From contig OZ316898.1 of the NCBI GenBank assembly GCA_973895155.1, forward strand, positions 20,161,292 to 20,225,291: 64,000 nucleotides of DNA. The letters are read 5' to 3'. The notes below the pieces were generated by a model. That model was not told where the DNA came from. It saw only the letters and a program-made list of their open reading frames with translations, and searched no databases. Source of the stretch: Marsupella aquatica (Eukaryota > Plantae > Marchantiophyta). Both the position numbers and the translations under genes were made by a program. Positions within the stretch are counted from its first letter, which is position 1. Each line of letters opens with the position of its first letter. Below, in pieces: positions 1 through 12,299 of this stretch.

Positions 1-1555
1 ATGACTCCGGTTGATCTGCGTGTGCTGGTACAATTTGAAGCTCAACAGCATCCACTTGTTGCTCACCAGCATCAACAAACTCCTCTGGTTCCTCTGGCAT
101 AGGAACCAGCTCCATAATTGGAGCAACTCCTTCTCTCCGGTCATGCACCTCATAACCAATCTCCCCCTCAACGAGATCCGGGATAGGAGATTTTCCTTTG
201 TCAGTACGGGAGACCTGAGTATTCTCCCCCTCCTTCAATAATCTGGATTCATTGAAGGAAACATCCCTACTGACAACGAGCTTACAGGCAATAGGATCCC
301 ATAGCCTATAGGCTTTCACACCACTCTGGTACCCAAGAAAAACACATTTCCTGGAGGTAGGATCCAACTTGGTCCTATTCTGCTTTGGTGTGAGAGCATA
401 TGCATCACTTCCAAAAATTACCAAGCCATGATAGTCTGCTTGCCGCTTATAGCGCATCTCAAACGGCGTTTTGAAATTGATAGCACTAGAAGGAGAAAGA
501 TTTACCAAATAAGCTGCGATATTGACAGCTTCTGCCCAAAATTCTTGTGGTAAACCTGATTGGCTCAACATACTCCGTGACCGCTCCAACAGTGTCCGAT
601 TGAGCCTCTCAGCGACACCATTCTGCTGCGGAGTATAAACTGTGGTGAGATGGCGAGTTATCCCCTGTTCTGAACAGTACTCTTCAAATTCCATTGAAGT
701 GTACTCCCCGCCGTTGTCTGACCTCAGACTCTTCACCCTTGTATCCAAACACTTGATCGTGTTTCCAGTCTGATTCTCCACCTGGGCCTTCCACTTCTTA
801 AAAATGGACAAGACATCAGACTTATGCGTCATGAAATAAATCCACACAAATCTTGAGTAATCATCAATAAATGATACATAGTACAACTTTCCAGAGTGTG
901 AGGGAGTCGGGGATGGACCCCACACGTCACTATGTATGTACTCAAGAACCGCTTTGGAACGATGAGTTCCAACACCAAAAGCACGACGATGCTGCTTTCC
1001 AAGAATGCAATGCTCACAAAACTCTAATTTATAAGATTGCAAATCAGAAATGAGTCTATTCTTCCGTAAGATAGCCAAACCCTTCTCACTCATGTGGCCT
1101 AGCCGTGAATGCCACAGTTGAGTCATCTCCTCGTGAGACTTGGTTACATTGGCCTCTCCACATACAGTATTGCCCTGTAACACATACAAATTCTTTTGTC
1201 TACTCCCCTTCAAAATCACTGTCTCTCCCGACCTGACTTGAAGTTCACCATCAATAACGCTCCATTGATGACCATTTGAATCCAACACACCGAGTGAAAT
1301 CAGATTCTTACGCATGCCAGGTACATACCTGACTCCGGACACTGTGCGCACAGCGCCATCAAATATTTGAATCTTCACAGACCCAATTCCCTCAATTTGA
1401 CAGGAGTGATCATTTCCCATCAGAACTGAACCGTTTGAAACAGAGTAAGAACTGAAAAACTCACGAATGTAACAAATATGAAAAGAGCAAGCACAATCAA
1501 GAATCCACACATCATCTGCTCTCCTAGATGACGTGCACAGGGCATACCCCCGGCT
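1..1555 (-). CDS. Copia pol (aspartic protease + integrase), partial; reading frame open to the window edge
   Basis: Manual translation from the codon after the gag TGA: SRGYALCTSSRRADDVWILDCACSFHIC...VRYVPGMRKNLISLG...LWHSRLGHMSEKG...FCEHCILGKQHR...YIHSDVWGPSP...FIDDYSRFVW...LRSDNGGEY...TPQQNGVAERLNRTL...KCVFLGY...SRDVSFNE. No stop found to position 1. It is absent from the ORF track, probably because it has no stop inside the window. Confidence 0.93.
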
Positions 1556-2589
1556 TCATAAAACATACTCATCATTGAGTAAATCAGCTTCTCCATCAGC
1601 CCTAGCCACATTTGCCGATGAAGTTTCCGCTGCCTTTCCCTTACAGTCTCGCTTGAAGTGTCCAACTTGGTTGCACTTCCAACATGTCACCTGCCTCCTC
1701 TGAGGGGATTTACCCTTGGACTTAGATCTGGATTTAGATCTAAACTGGGTTCTACGGTCCCCAGTTGGTCGCTGCATACTCCTCCCACGGTTAACATTGA
1801 GGGCAGCACCAGATGATGAAGGCTGTGACGTGATGTGCATCTTCTGCTGAAGATCATCACTAAGCAGAGAACTTACCACGTCATTGTATGAAATGGTATC
1901 CCTATCACGATGCAACAACACTCGTGATAGGGACTGGTAAGATGGAGGCAATGAACTAAGAAGCTGCAAAGCCTTCGTCTCATCATTCAAAGTCTCCCCA
2001 AGGTTTTCCAAGTCAACGACCATGTCGTTGAAAGCATCCACATGGTCTTGCAACTTCGTACCAGATTCCTTCATCCTGAAACTCATCAGTTTGTAGGAAG
2101 TGTAGAGCCGGTTCGACAACTCCTTGCGGTGATACTTGCTCTGCAATTCCGCAAATAAGGACATGCAATCCTTATGTGCACCCAACTGCTTGATGATGGG
2201 AGGCATGAGATAGAGTGTAACACACCACACTCCCTGGTCCTGCATGCGGTCCCATTGTTTCTCATCAACATCGTCTTCACGAGGGCTCAGCAGTTGGCCC
2301 ATCCCTGACGCATAAAGCACTCCCTTCACCTGCTTCTCCCATAGCAAGTAGTCAGAGCGCCCATCATACTTTGTCACTTCATACTTGGGTCCCCAAGCTT
2401 GAAAGTCCCCATCTTCTTCTTTACCGTGAGCTCCGGTAGTAGTACTGCTTCCTCCACCACACGCCGCACCGGTGATGGTATCGGTGTCACGTGCTCTTCC
2501 TCCTGCTCCTCTCTCTGCCCCTGAAACCTCCGCGGTGACCCTCGTGCTTCAAGTTCCACGTCTTCAAAAAACTCCTCCGAATCACTCAT
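1556..2589 (-). CDS. Copia Gag with CCHC zinc knuckle, split by a 1-nt frameshift near 2390
   Basis: ORF 1556-2377 has the copia gag pattern (KYDGRSDYLLWEKQVK...LLSSLPPSY...CWKCNQVGHFKRDC). Upstream ORF 2374-2589 joins it as ...MGTFKLG-GPKYEVTKYDG if one G is added to the CTTGGGGACCC run. Confidence 0.88.
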
Positions 2590-3731
2590 ATGAGAAAGTC
2601 ACAAAAAATGTTGTTTTTCACAACTTCTCAAAAAACTCGAAACTCAACACCGCCGCGTAGCCCACAAAGCTAGGAGTCCAATACTGAAAACCGAAATCAA
2701 AATCGAAATTTGACGGAAAAGTTATTCAAATTTCGGTCGAGGTGGGTAAAACCTTGGGAAACTCCCCCGTTTTGACCACCTCAGGGAATAACCGAAATAC
2801 CAAGTACAACCCGTTGTCGGAATTGCGATGTGATTGGTGCGCTGCATTGCCAACTTCAATGGCTACGACCTCGCCGAAAAATAACCAAAAAAGTTACCGT
2901 TCGGCGGATGAAATCTTTGTCGGACGGTCAAAAAATAGCTCTCTGGTTTTTTGGAATATTCTATGACCCTTGTACAGGCCCTATGGGAATTTTGGAAGAA
3001 CAATCGAGGGGTTGACATGTGTCCTCGAACCCCCAAAACCCCCTACCACCCTTCGTCGTCGAAATCTGGTCGCGCGCGCAGAAAATACACACGGCAGAAT
3101 GTACCCCTCGACACCAAACGCAAGATATCTCACTCGGGTTTTGACTAAATCAAGATCCGATTTCAGATTTGGAAACTAGACTCCGAGGTGATGAAGATCA
3201 ATATAAGAAGCACCCAAAACGAGGAAAGAACGAGGGAGAAAAAAATTGGTAAAGATGACAGATTTCTCTCAATTGCCATAGCCAATTTCGAATCAGTTTT
3301 TCAAAGAGAAAAAAAAATGGTACCTTGTCAACAACGAATGTTGATCAATTGCACTTGGTGCCGTCACCAAGTCCAACAAGGTAATTGATTTTGCTTAGCC
3401 TTCCTCTTTGCATCAAAGAGCCAATCCCGGACTCAAAAACAATCGTCTTGCCTCAATCTCTCCGTTGAGTCAAAACACTTGACGCTTCTCCCTCTGAGTC
3501 GATTGCCAACTTTCTTCACAAAATCCAGAACGACGAAAACTTAGATCTCTCTGCACCACGAGCTCCGTTCAACGATTTCTTCACACCGTTAGAAAGCTCT
3601 TGCCCTGATCTATCCGTTGAGCCCATAAACTCCAAGTTCAATGCGATGGAACTCTGGAAAATCCACCAACACTCAACGCTGGAAAAACCGTCATGAAATC
3701 CCGTCACGAACACACGTCACCTCCCAAGCAT

Positions 3732-3743
3732 GCTCTGATACCA
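3732..3743 (-). promoter_or_regulatory. Primer binding site complementary to initiator tRNA-Met
   Basis: Minus strand reads TGGTATCAGAGC, 2 nt inside the LTR end. This is the canonical tRNAi-Met PBS of plant LTR elements. Confidence 0.95.
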
Positions 3744-3745
3744 AT

Positions 3746-4170
3746 TGTTGAGCATAGACGACGATCGCAACGGCAAGCCCATGAACCATCCAACGCACAA
3801 TAGTCGACACAAGAGATACGTGGTTCACCTCCTTGAGGCTACGTCCACGGGAACACACAAGAGAGCTTTACTGAACTCTAAGCCCGTCGGCTATACCGAG
3901 TCTCCACAGTGTAAGCTCTCCCTATCTCTCAAGTGGCTCCATAACAATGAGCCTTGGTTCTACCTCTCCAAGCACACATGCCTCTTATGATATAGTGTGC
4001 AACTTAGTTGTACCTAACCACATAGTTGTACCTAATCACGTAGTTGTACCTAATCACGTAGTTGTACCTAATCACGTAGTTGTACCTAATCACGTAGTTG
4101 TACCTAACCACGTAGTTGTACCTAACCACGTAGTTGTACCTAACCTTGACGTAAGAGTAAATACCCAACA
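3746..4170 (-). repeat. 5' LTR of the copia element (~425 bp)
   Basis: Bounded by TGTTG (3746) and CAACA (4170) inverted termini, adjacent to the PBS. The flanking GTATT (4171-4175) is the predicted 5-bp TSD; its partner is outside the window. Confidence 0.88.
4005..4145. repeat. 18-bp tandem array (~8 copies of TAGTTGTACCTAA[C/T]CAC[G/A]) in the LTR U3 region
   Basis: Directly visible. It produces the spurious VVPNH repeat ORF 3947-4186. Confidence 0.95.
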
Positions 4171-4539
4171 GTATTATAATTCTTGATAATGTAATGCTGC
4201 CTACACGTGAGACAGCTCTAACCAGAGTCAGTCTTGTTGGATTGGGTGCATGAAGCCTTTCGACGCCGGCAAGTCAAACTGCAGTTCAGCCTAGTAATCT
4301 TCCATTCACCCGTGTTTTCACCCCCTAGCCTCCTTCTTGGATTTGAACCAGTATCAATAACTGATGTATCTATTGTGCTATCATCCGCATACCCCATTTA
4401 TCACGAGGATACATCATTTCTTGGTACTGATGAGATTGGACCAATAAATTTGTGAGCAGGTCAAATGGATATACCTTACACTGCCGTGTCATTTTTTGGT
4501 TCCGGTGGCCATTTGGAGCCTGTCTCAATATATAGCATG

Positions 4540-5120
4540 TTAATCTTGAAATATGTCTTTTTTTTGTCTTGTAGTGGTATGTAATTTTATGATAAAAGAA
4601 GTAAATAACTAGGTACATATAAAGTATATGTCAAGAAAGTAATATCTCTTAATTAAGAGTGAGTGCCATAAGACACAAAACCATAAATATACATGCAAAA
4701 AAAAACATATTATGACCAAGAAAGTACAAAGTTACTAAAGAATTGTGCACATACAGTACAAATTTTCATTTCCTTCTAAGTAATGACAGTCAACTCACTT
4801 GAAACCATAAATTTTGTAAAAGAGATCACTAGGGGAACTTAGTACACTAGATGTGCACATTGTTCAAACTCATCTCTCTCACTCTCATTAGAGAAAAGAG
4901 AATTCACTAAGGAGTGAATGAAAGATTAAACATTTAAGAGGGGAGCCAAATACTTTCAAAATACCATAACTTCACTAAAATTAAAAGGGGTACAAAAGTT
5001 GATTCAAAATCAAATGATTCACTTTCTTAAGGCACATTAAAATTAAAATATTTGACACAAAATCTGAATAAGACAAAATGTGAAAGTTGGATTCACCATA
5101 TAGCAACTTCAATATACCTG
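4540..5120 (+). repeat. AT-rich dispersed repeat, probably a non-autonomous TE remnant; homologous to 61210-62490
   Basis: Colinear shared motifs: ATTAAGAGTGAGTG, TAGGGGAACTTA..ACAC, TGACACAAAA..TAAGACAAAAT.TGAAAG..GATT.CAC..ATATAGCA.CTTC. Confidence 0.55.
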
Positions 5121-8100
5121 GAGTTCTCTGGCATAAGTTTGCTGGTGGAAAAAAATACTTTTTTTTTTGCTTGATCTCACCATCTGCAAGAACAAAGTTT
5201 AGCATCGTTGTCATGTGGCATACTAGTGGGTCCTTATATGTCATGTGGCATACTCGTGGCTTTGGTGTCATTATTTTTGTTTTGAAAAATGTTTTCATAA
5301 ATAAAGGATCCCAAGACCAACAAAGGGGCAGTCCCAACCCGGGGGAATGCCCAGGACACAAAAAGCACTAAACCCTTGACCACGTTTATTCTACTATTGA
5401 TTCATGAATAAATACGTGGCAAAGAAGGTAAAACACACAAACTGTTACTTCAACATGATTGTGCATTTGCCTCCCAACGTGTAACGTTGGTGCAGAACAG
5501 TAAACAGTCCAAGTCATGCAGCTTGTAATTACGTGTCACCAAATCCTACTTTGTGTGTCACATCCATGTCATGTCCATCACTCAATGCCGGTGTTGCAAT
5601 GACATGCACCACTTCCAAGGTTCCATACGGCATTCCCTCCCCTCCCCTCTTGCCAAGTGTTTGGGGGGCTATCTGGAAACACGTCACCAGATATCAGTGT
5701 CAGTTCTGTTTGTGGACTCCACAAATGAATGCTCCTTGCTGATGGTGTATAAGGCTATCCCTGGGTAGGCCAGTCCTGTTCTAACTTGTAGACTCTGTAG
5801 CTTTTTATTTCTAGTTTATATATATAATTGCCAAAGGGCAAAAAGGCCAAACCAGGAGACCGGGTACCAATGGCAAAGCAACCAAATAAAGGGGACTAAA
5901 CAGAAGAGGAAAGGACCCCAAGGACCCCAAGAAGACCCACGAGGTCTAACAAGGCAAGGAGTAACATGTACAGACCATCAGTTATATATTTTTGTAATTA
6001 CATAGTCAAAAAAGGAAAAAAAGATTGCCCTATCAACATTTGAACGCTAGAGCCATAGTTGCAGGATCAGATATTGAATCATTTCCACCCGAACTTCCCC
6101 AGAGTCACCACCTAGGGCTTCACTCTAGATTGTAACCGTAACTTCTTATTATGCATTACTACTAAAAGGTGATACATATGAACTGTGTAGACTCTAGCTT
6201 CTTACCTAAATTTAAGTATGCCACCATGGTGTCTTTTTTTTTGTTTCCTTTGAAATTCCTGTCTAGAAACTCGAAATTGATAAGGCTTCCTCTCCCACTG
6301 AGGTGAGGGGGCGGGGTTGGAGTGTGTGAGCATCCTGAGGGCTGAGGTTCATATTCCATGTCTGCCAGGATTTGGTATCATTTTCGTCCATCGAGTAATC
6401 AAGTTTGTACTCAATCCTAACACAGTTCCCGGTTCCTATCTTTATTTTCCATATATATATATAATATCTTTAATTTTCTATTTCTTATTCTCAAAGTGGC
6501 CACAAGGCGACGAGTGGTGGCTTTAAAGGCCGGCGTAACTACATTACTTTCATGGAGACTACTACGTACCATCATGGAAAACATGCACAACGAAGTTGGT
6601 AACTTTTCTGCTTTTCCCTTTGTGTAAAAAAACATGCGCAATGGAGTAGGTAAAATTTCTGCTTTCCGTTTACAAAAATGCATGCAGAACTCATGTGGCG
6701 TTGAGATTCCTCCAAGTCAAATTATCCCTCTTCATGCATAGGTTTCGAATCTGAAAGTTAAAGGTTCATCATCTAAGAGCTCATGGGAGGCATCTACAAG
6801 AGCTCAACAAGGTGCTACCACCCATTGAAAATTGCCTGGAATAAGGAAATGTATATTCATGAGTAAAATTCTTCACCCGCATGTTGTGCATTGGTCCGAG
6901 TGTGAGCATGAACCGTGTGTTAGGTAGGGGGTCACCACTTTCCTTTTGTCCAAAGAAACTTCATCTTGGGTTTTACACGAGGAAGCATGATCAGTACAAT
7001 CTAAAATAACATTCCCACACTTTAGCTATGGGTAATGCTAGGTAGTGACGTGCAGCAGGTTCCAGGCCCCTTCTAGAACCTGCTTCTAGTTTTGTAACTT
7101 TGTAACAGATGCCTTATTGTAACCAGATGAGGAAGCGAAGAAAAAGAGGAGCACCACTTTCTCGTGTCACAAACGTACTGCAGTATGCTTCCTGGCGCTG
7201 AGGGTGCTTGTACTTCTTTTGTGGGTTGATGAATAAAGAATTCAAGTTCAACAACAAAAGAAAGTTGCGAGATGACTTTTCGACCAGCAGTGTCTAGTGT
7301 AATTGCAAGGGCACTTGCCTTCCACCAAGAGCCAGTACATGGTACGATCAAAGCTCAAGCTCACCATCCAGAAAGGAAGCTGGATTATATTTTCATGAAG
7401 GTGCAATGCCATGCCCACTTGTAAAAGGTAAGGGTGTCAATTGCCAAAGAACATGAAAAAAAACTACCTGAGTGGAGTATGCTAGTCAGTTAGTAGTTTC
7501 AAATTGGTGTACAAACTAGTACCAAGGGTGACTAGAAGGCCTCAACTTCAAATTCCCTACCAGCTTCTCCAGTGGGTTGCATGTGTTCTGTACCACAAGC
7601 ACTTGTGTGGTTGTTGTAGGAAGTACATAGAAATAGGGATTTTCCATGCCTGCAAGCCACTTGCATAGCTTTATAACTGCAGTGTCCCCATAGTTTTCTT
7701 AAAAAACACAAAGTGGGTCGCTAGTAGTTTCAAATTGGTCAACATACAAAGATTTACCTGATAGAGCACTGATGGAATCACATACTGGATGGGGCCCCTC
7801 TTGAACTGATTGACTGGGGTTTCTGACCTCTGTCGTAACCCTTTGTCACTTTTGGGTTTTTGTAACATGTGGATTCCTGAGAGTGAAAATGTCACCTGAA
7901 TTGCCACATAGCGGTTTCGTAGATCCAGCCTGGATAGCCTTTTGCCCTCAAGGAGTATTTTTATGATAAAGATTCCGAGGGGAGACCTACCTAGCCAGGA
8001 TAATTGTACCAGGCTGGTGGGCTCAACGAAGTGAAATTGAAGTGTGACCTCACTACATATGGTTGCCATCAGACCGTGGGGTAGCACATTAGAGAGTGGA

Positions 8101-8599
8101 AATATAGAGTAGCAATATAGTATGGAAAATATATCTAACGCTTCGAAAGGACAAAAAGGGACAAACAGGAAGACAAGATTCCAAAGACGGGAGACCTGAT
8201 ATAGAGGACAATAACTAGAGAACTAAAAAAGTCTGAGAGTCCCAACAATGACAAAAGAATTAAACTCTACTAAGCAACCAACTGAAAGCCTGGTAGAGCT
8301 CGGAATGAACCTCATAGTAGGGGTCATGAAGAATTACCCCAAAGGAGGGTCATGAAAAATGATTTTCCTGAGGCCTTCAAATTAACAGCTTCCACCCTGG
8401 TAAGAATAGTGAATGACTAAGCCCTCATGCAAGAAGCTAGAGAATAAAGGATTTGTTCAGCCAAAGCATTAATGTTTACATTATTAATTATTTGCAAGAA
8501 CCAGACTACTTTGTTGAAGTGGTGGACGTAAGAAACAGTTCGATTCGAAAGCTTCACATATTCAGATTCGAAACACTGCTTTGTCTTCGAGGTTGAGGG

Positions 8600-9092
8600 A
8601 GTCAGGTGTCGCCCATGACTCCTACGCCATCCTTCGCAATGACTACAGTAGGTGAGACGACTATGGGCCCAATGAATCACAAATCAAATACGAACGTCGA
8701 AGCGCAGTAAGAAGGGCGTCGAAGGGACTGAACGACTGAAGTCTCAAGAAGACAAGGAGGGTTTCTTTCCAGTTTTTTAAATGAAGGGAGGGAAATGACT
8801 TGGTGAGCATCATCACCACGACAGAGATATGAACGGGGGAACTTTAGGAGGTGTGTCCCATGACTCCTACGTCCTCCCTGCCTCGAGAACAGCGCAGGTG
8901 TGATGGACGATGGGCCCCATGAATCCCAAATCGTCCACAAATTTCGAAGCTCGAGCGATGGACCCAAGTCTGAAGGAGACAAGGAGGGTCTATTTTAAGT
9001 TTTAGAATGGAGGGAGGGAAACGAATTGCCGAATTGGTGAGCGTCATCACCACGACAGAGATCTGAACGGGGGAGCTTTGGGAGGTGCGATG
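8600..9092. repeat. Diverged tandem duplication, ~245-bp unit x2
   Basis: CCCATGACTCCTACG...TGGGCCC.ATGAATC.CAAATC...GACAAGGAGGGT...GGGAGGGAAA...TTGGTGAGC.TCATCACCACGACAGAGAT.TGAACGGGGGA occurs twice. Confidence 0.8.
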
Positions 9093-12000
9093 AATCTGGA
9101 ATGGAGGGCCAGCAAGCTCGGGGAACTGTTCAGCAGCCCCCTTTCGCAACGACCACAGCCATACATCGGCTTCCTTGCCACTGCTGCCGTCCATTACTGA
9201 TTGCGCCAAGCTCCTTCGTTTGTTTTTTTGGTTCGGATCGATGGTGTGGGCATCGATCATCTTTTTTGGAGCTTCTCGATGGCTTTGTGATATTCCGTAC
9301 CCTCGTTGCTAAAGACTTCTCGAAGGATGAGGACCTCAAATAATGGGACCCACATGAAAGTAATCGTCACGTGTGTTTTTGTCATATTTTGTGACCCCTT
9401 TGTACTAGTGAGAACGAGGGCAAATGCTGTGACCGGTCACACACCTAACGGACTAAAGGTTTAGACTCGACTACCCATTCCAGTGACGTCTGTCCAGACT
9501 GGCCACACCTGAATGGACCAAAGGTTTCTACCCCTTGGAAATTGCCCACTCTAGTACAGTCGTCTGGGACCGGTCTCACGTAGAGGAACCAACGGGTTGC
9601 AACTGGTAGAAATTGCCCATTCCAGTCCAGTCCATCGGGTTTAAGTGCAACATGGATAACTGTATTCCATGGATAAGTGCAGGCTGTCATGTACAGCAGT
9701 CCTCTAATCTGATGGTTTTTTTTTCTTTGTAAATGTAGGGAAAATGCAGTTGTAGTAAGTGGATCTCAATCTTCAATAAATGACAATTAAATAGCAACAT
9801 TTACTTCTACAAGTGTACAATGCTTATATCAGTTATTTCAAAGACTACACACAACACACTTATTGATAAGAGCTTGCAATGTTTTGGTAGAGTACCTACA
9901 ATCATGCACTTGTCTAGTTTGTAAGGGGCACTATGAGGGTTTAGGGTATGAGGACTAAGGTGTAGGACCGGACAACAGGTTCACAAGTACAGCACAATTC
10001 CTGATTGCAACCCTGAACCTACAACTCAGAGTGCCTAAGGGGGTAGAATATTGAGAGTGAAGGTTGGGGCTAGGGTAAAAGTGGTCAAAACTTAATTTCT
10101 TTCTCTAACTGCATGTGTTGCAGTTCTATAATCATTCACATACCCAGAAGTGCATAAATTTAACTCCCTGCACTTATTGGGCATGCTCTTGGGGTTCGTG
10201 GGAGCTTGCACTTAGTCAATGTATTAAAATGCAGAATACGAATTAAGTGTACTGAAAGTACAGTTGCTCCTGTTTAAGTGCAACCTCATTATGGGCAAAA
10301 ATGCACTACAGTAAGTGCAAACAATTGGTCGACCCCAGTCGAAAACCGAGGAATTTCAGTTTGACGTGCCTTTTGCTAACTGAAAGGCACTCCACATCAG
10401 TGTTTCTTGGTGTTTTCTTGAGCCCACTGCTTGTCATGTAGGATGGTGGACACAATCAGTAAATGGGCCCCCAAGTTCTTGTAAAGTCACCTGCGACCCA
10501 TTCTACTCAATGTAAGGTACAGATTTAATCTGAGAGGTCAAACAGAAGCAGTGGGCCCGTACCAGAATGTTTTTACTCTAAAAAACCAGCCAAATTCCAC
10601 CTCACTGAAAAGCCTTTGCCCAACATTTCCCAGGCTGTGATTTGTCTTCGACTAGTCAACTTCCATTGTAGCCACAAGGACCCCGTCCAAAAGTAATGTG
10701 GAATCTTCTTAGCATATTCTCCTCCACCCCATCCAACGTGGCATTCTCCACCTTCGCCAACAAGAAATAAACCTTCAAATTTACCTTGGCCCAGACGCTT
10801 GCTAAAGCTATGCCCCTACAGTGACTGTCAAGTTTGATGGACTCCCAAGTCTCTTGCCCCTGGTCTCCCATTCCTCCCCTATGCTGTGATGGCGGTTTCT
10901 TACACAGGAAGGTACTCCCTGGGTTCTCCCACCACGGTCCCATGTGTCCTTCCAGGTCCACAGCCCGTGTCTCCCGTCGCCCCCATTCCGCTGTGACGGC
11001 AGGTTCATGCAACGGCACGGTAGTACGGTACTCCACAGCATCATTCCCCGCCCGGGTCCCATGATCCGTACCCACCCAGGGGTCTTCCCACTCTCGCAAT
11101 CGCTCCGCACCGAAGTAGCGACCCGGGGAGGTGGATCGGACGGGCCAGGTTGCTTCGGGAAGGCCTCCCACACCAAGATCGCTTTTTGTCTGGCGCAGCT
11201 GACCGCAGATCTTTTGGTTCGGCAGGATCGCTTTTCGTCGTTTCTCCTGAGCAGAGTATACCTGCTAACCGCAGGTACAGTAGGTAGCTCCGACGGCGCT
11301 CCGTTGCTGGGCTTGCCGTCGGGAAACCATGGTCAGAAATCCGAACAGGGGATTCGGTTATTTAATCGCTGTGCGGCTGCACTCCACTCCAGATCAGCAC
11401 TGTGGTATCTTCGATAGTTTCTGTGTTCGTTCCCCTTGCAATCATTCGATCGATGTTGTGAATCTGCCTTGATTGCATTTCTACGCTTTAGAGCCAGCCT
11501 GGTCTTGAAAATCACAGAACCCTCCTGCCGAAATTGAGAGAAAAAATCGGAGTGGGAATTGAGCGACGACGACTCGTCTCGTTCAAGGAAAGTGTGGGCG
11601 GGGAGAGATTGCGAACGAATATCTCGGGAACGGATTTCGTGCTTCGTTGCTCGGTCGCTTCCTGATCATCGCCTCTTCAGAGTGATAAAGCGTCACACCT
11701 CCTCCCGAGCATCCATCTACAGTCTGTTCAGGGAAGGCGAGGAGAAGCTGTCGAGAGTTGTAGACGGAGAGACAGCGAGACTGAGAGGGAGACAGTGAAG
11801 CAGCTAGCTGTTTGCTATTGACTACTTCTCTACCCACGCGGGTCTTTTGTTTCTGTCCTCAATCTCTAGTTGTTTCTTACCCACTTGGGTCTTTTGTTTC
11901 TGTTCTCAATCTCTAGTTGTTTCTGTATCCTGAGGTGAATAAGTTCAATAGCGCTTGAGCGATCCCGCACAGTTGTGTCTTTCAAGACGTGCAATTATCT

Positions 12001-12299
12001 TGAGCCTTGGTTGCTGTCTGAAGTAAGTACAGTATTCTCGTATAGTGAGGAGGTTTTCGACGACTGCAGCATTCTCGATTACTGTTAGGTTGGGTAGGAC
12101 TTCCGGATTCTGTTCAGTGGCCGCAATTTTCGACTTGCCTGGTTGAAGTCGGGTCGTAGCAGAATTGGATCCTAGTCGTCAAGGAAGCACAAATTCGTTT
12201 GGATTGTGGCTATTGGAAGTGAAATTGAGAAGACGGTAATTAGAAAGGCGCAGTGCGCAGAGTGGAAGGAGATTTGTGTGGTCATAGAGCGGAGAGGAT

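Larger units (their letters stand above)
1..4170 (-). mobile_element. Ty1/copia LTR retrotransposon (Tnt1/Tork-like), 5' portion; RT/RNaseH and 3' LTR lie outside the window
   Basis: Minus-strand order is LTR, PBS, gag (CCHC knuckle CWKCNQVGHFKRDC), protease (WILDCACSFH), WHSRLGH..CEHC integrase zinc motif, integrase core (IHSDVWGP, LRSDNGGEY, PQQNGVAER). Integrase directly after protease is the copia order. Confidence 0.97.

Noticed and set aside
4005-4145. CRISPR-like appearance of regular repeats (also 33847-34238)
   Set aside because: Units are head-to-tail with no unique spacers, there are no cas genes, and the context is eukaryotic.
3947-4186. ORF with VVPNH repeats
   Set aside because: It is a translation of the 18-bp LTR tandem array, antisense to the element, not a protein gene.
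6300-6370. tRNA B-box-like GGTTCATATTCC (possible tRNA/SINE)
   Set aside because: No cloverleaf or A-box could be built; too degenerate to call.
10656-11417. Cluster of overlapping 76-171-aa ORFs on both strands
   Set aside because: GC-rich sequence with no recognisable domain or splice structure; likely chance ORFs or unidentifiable TE debris.
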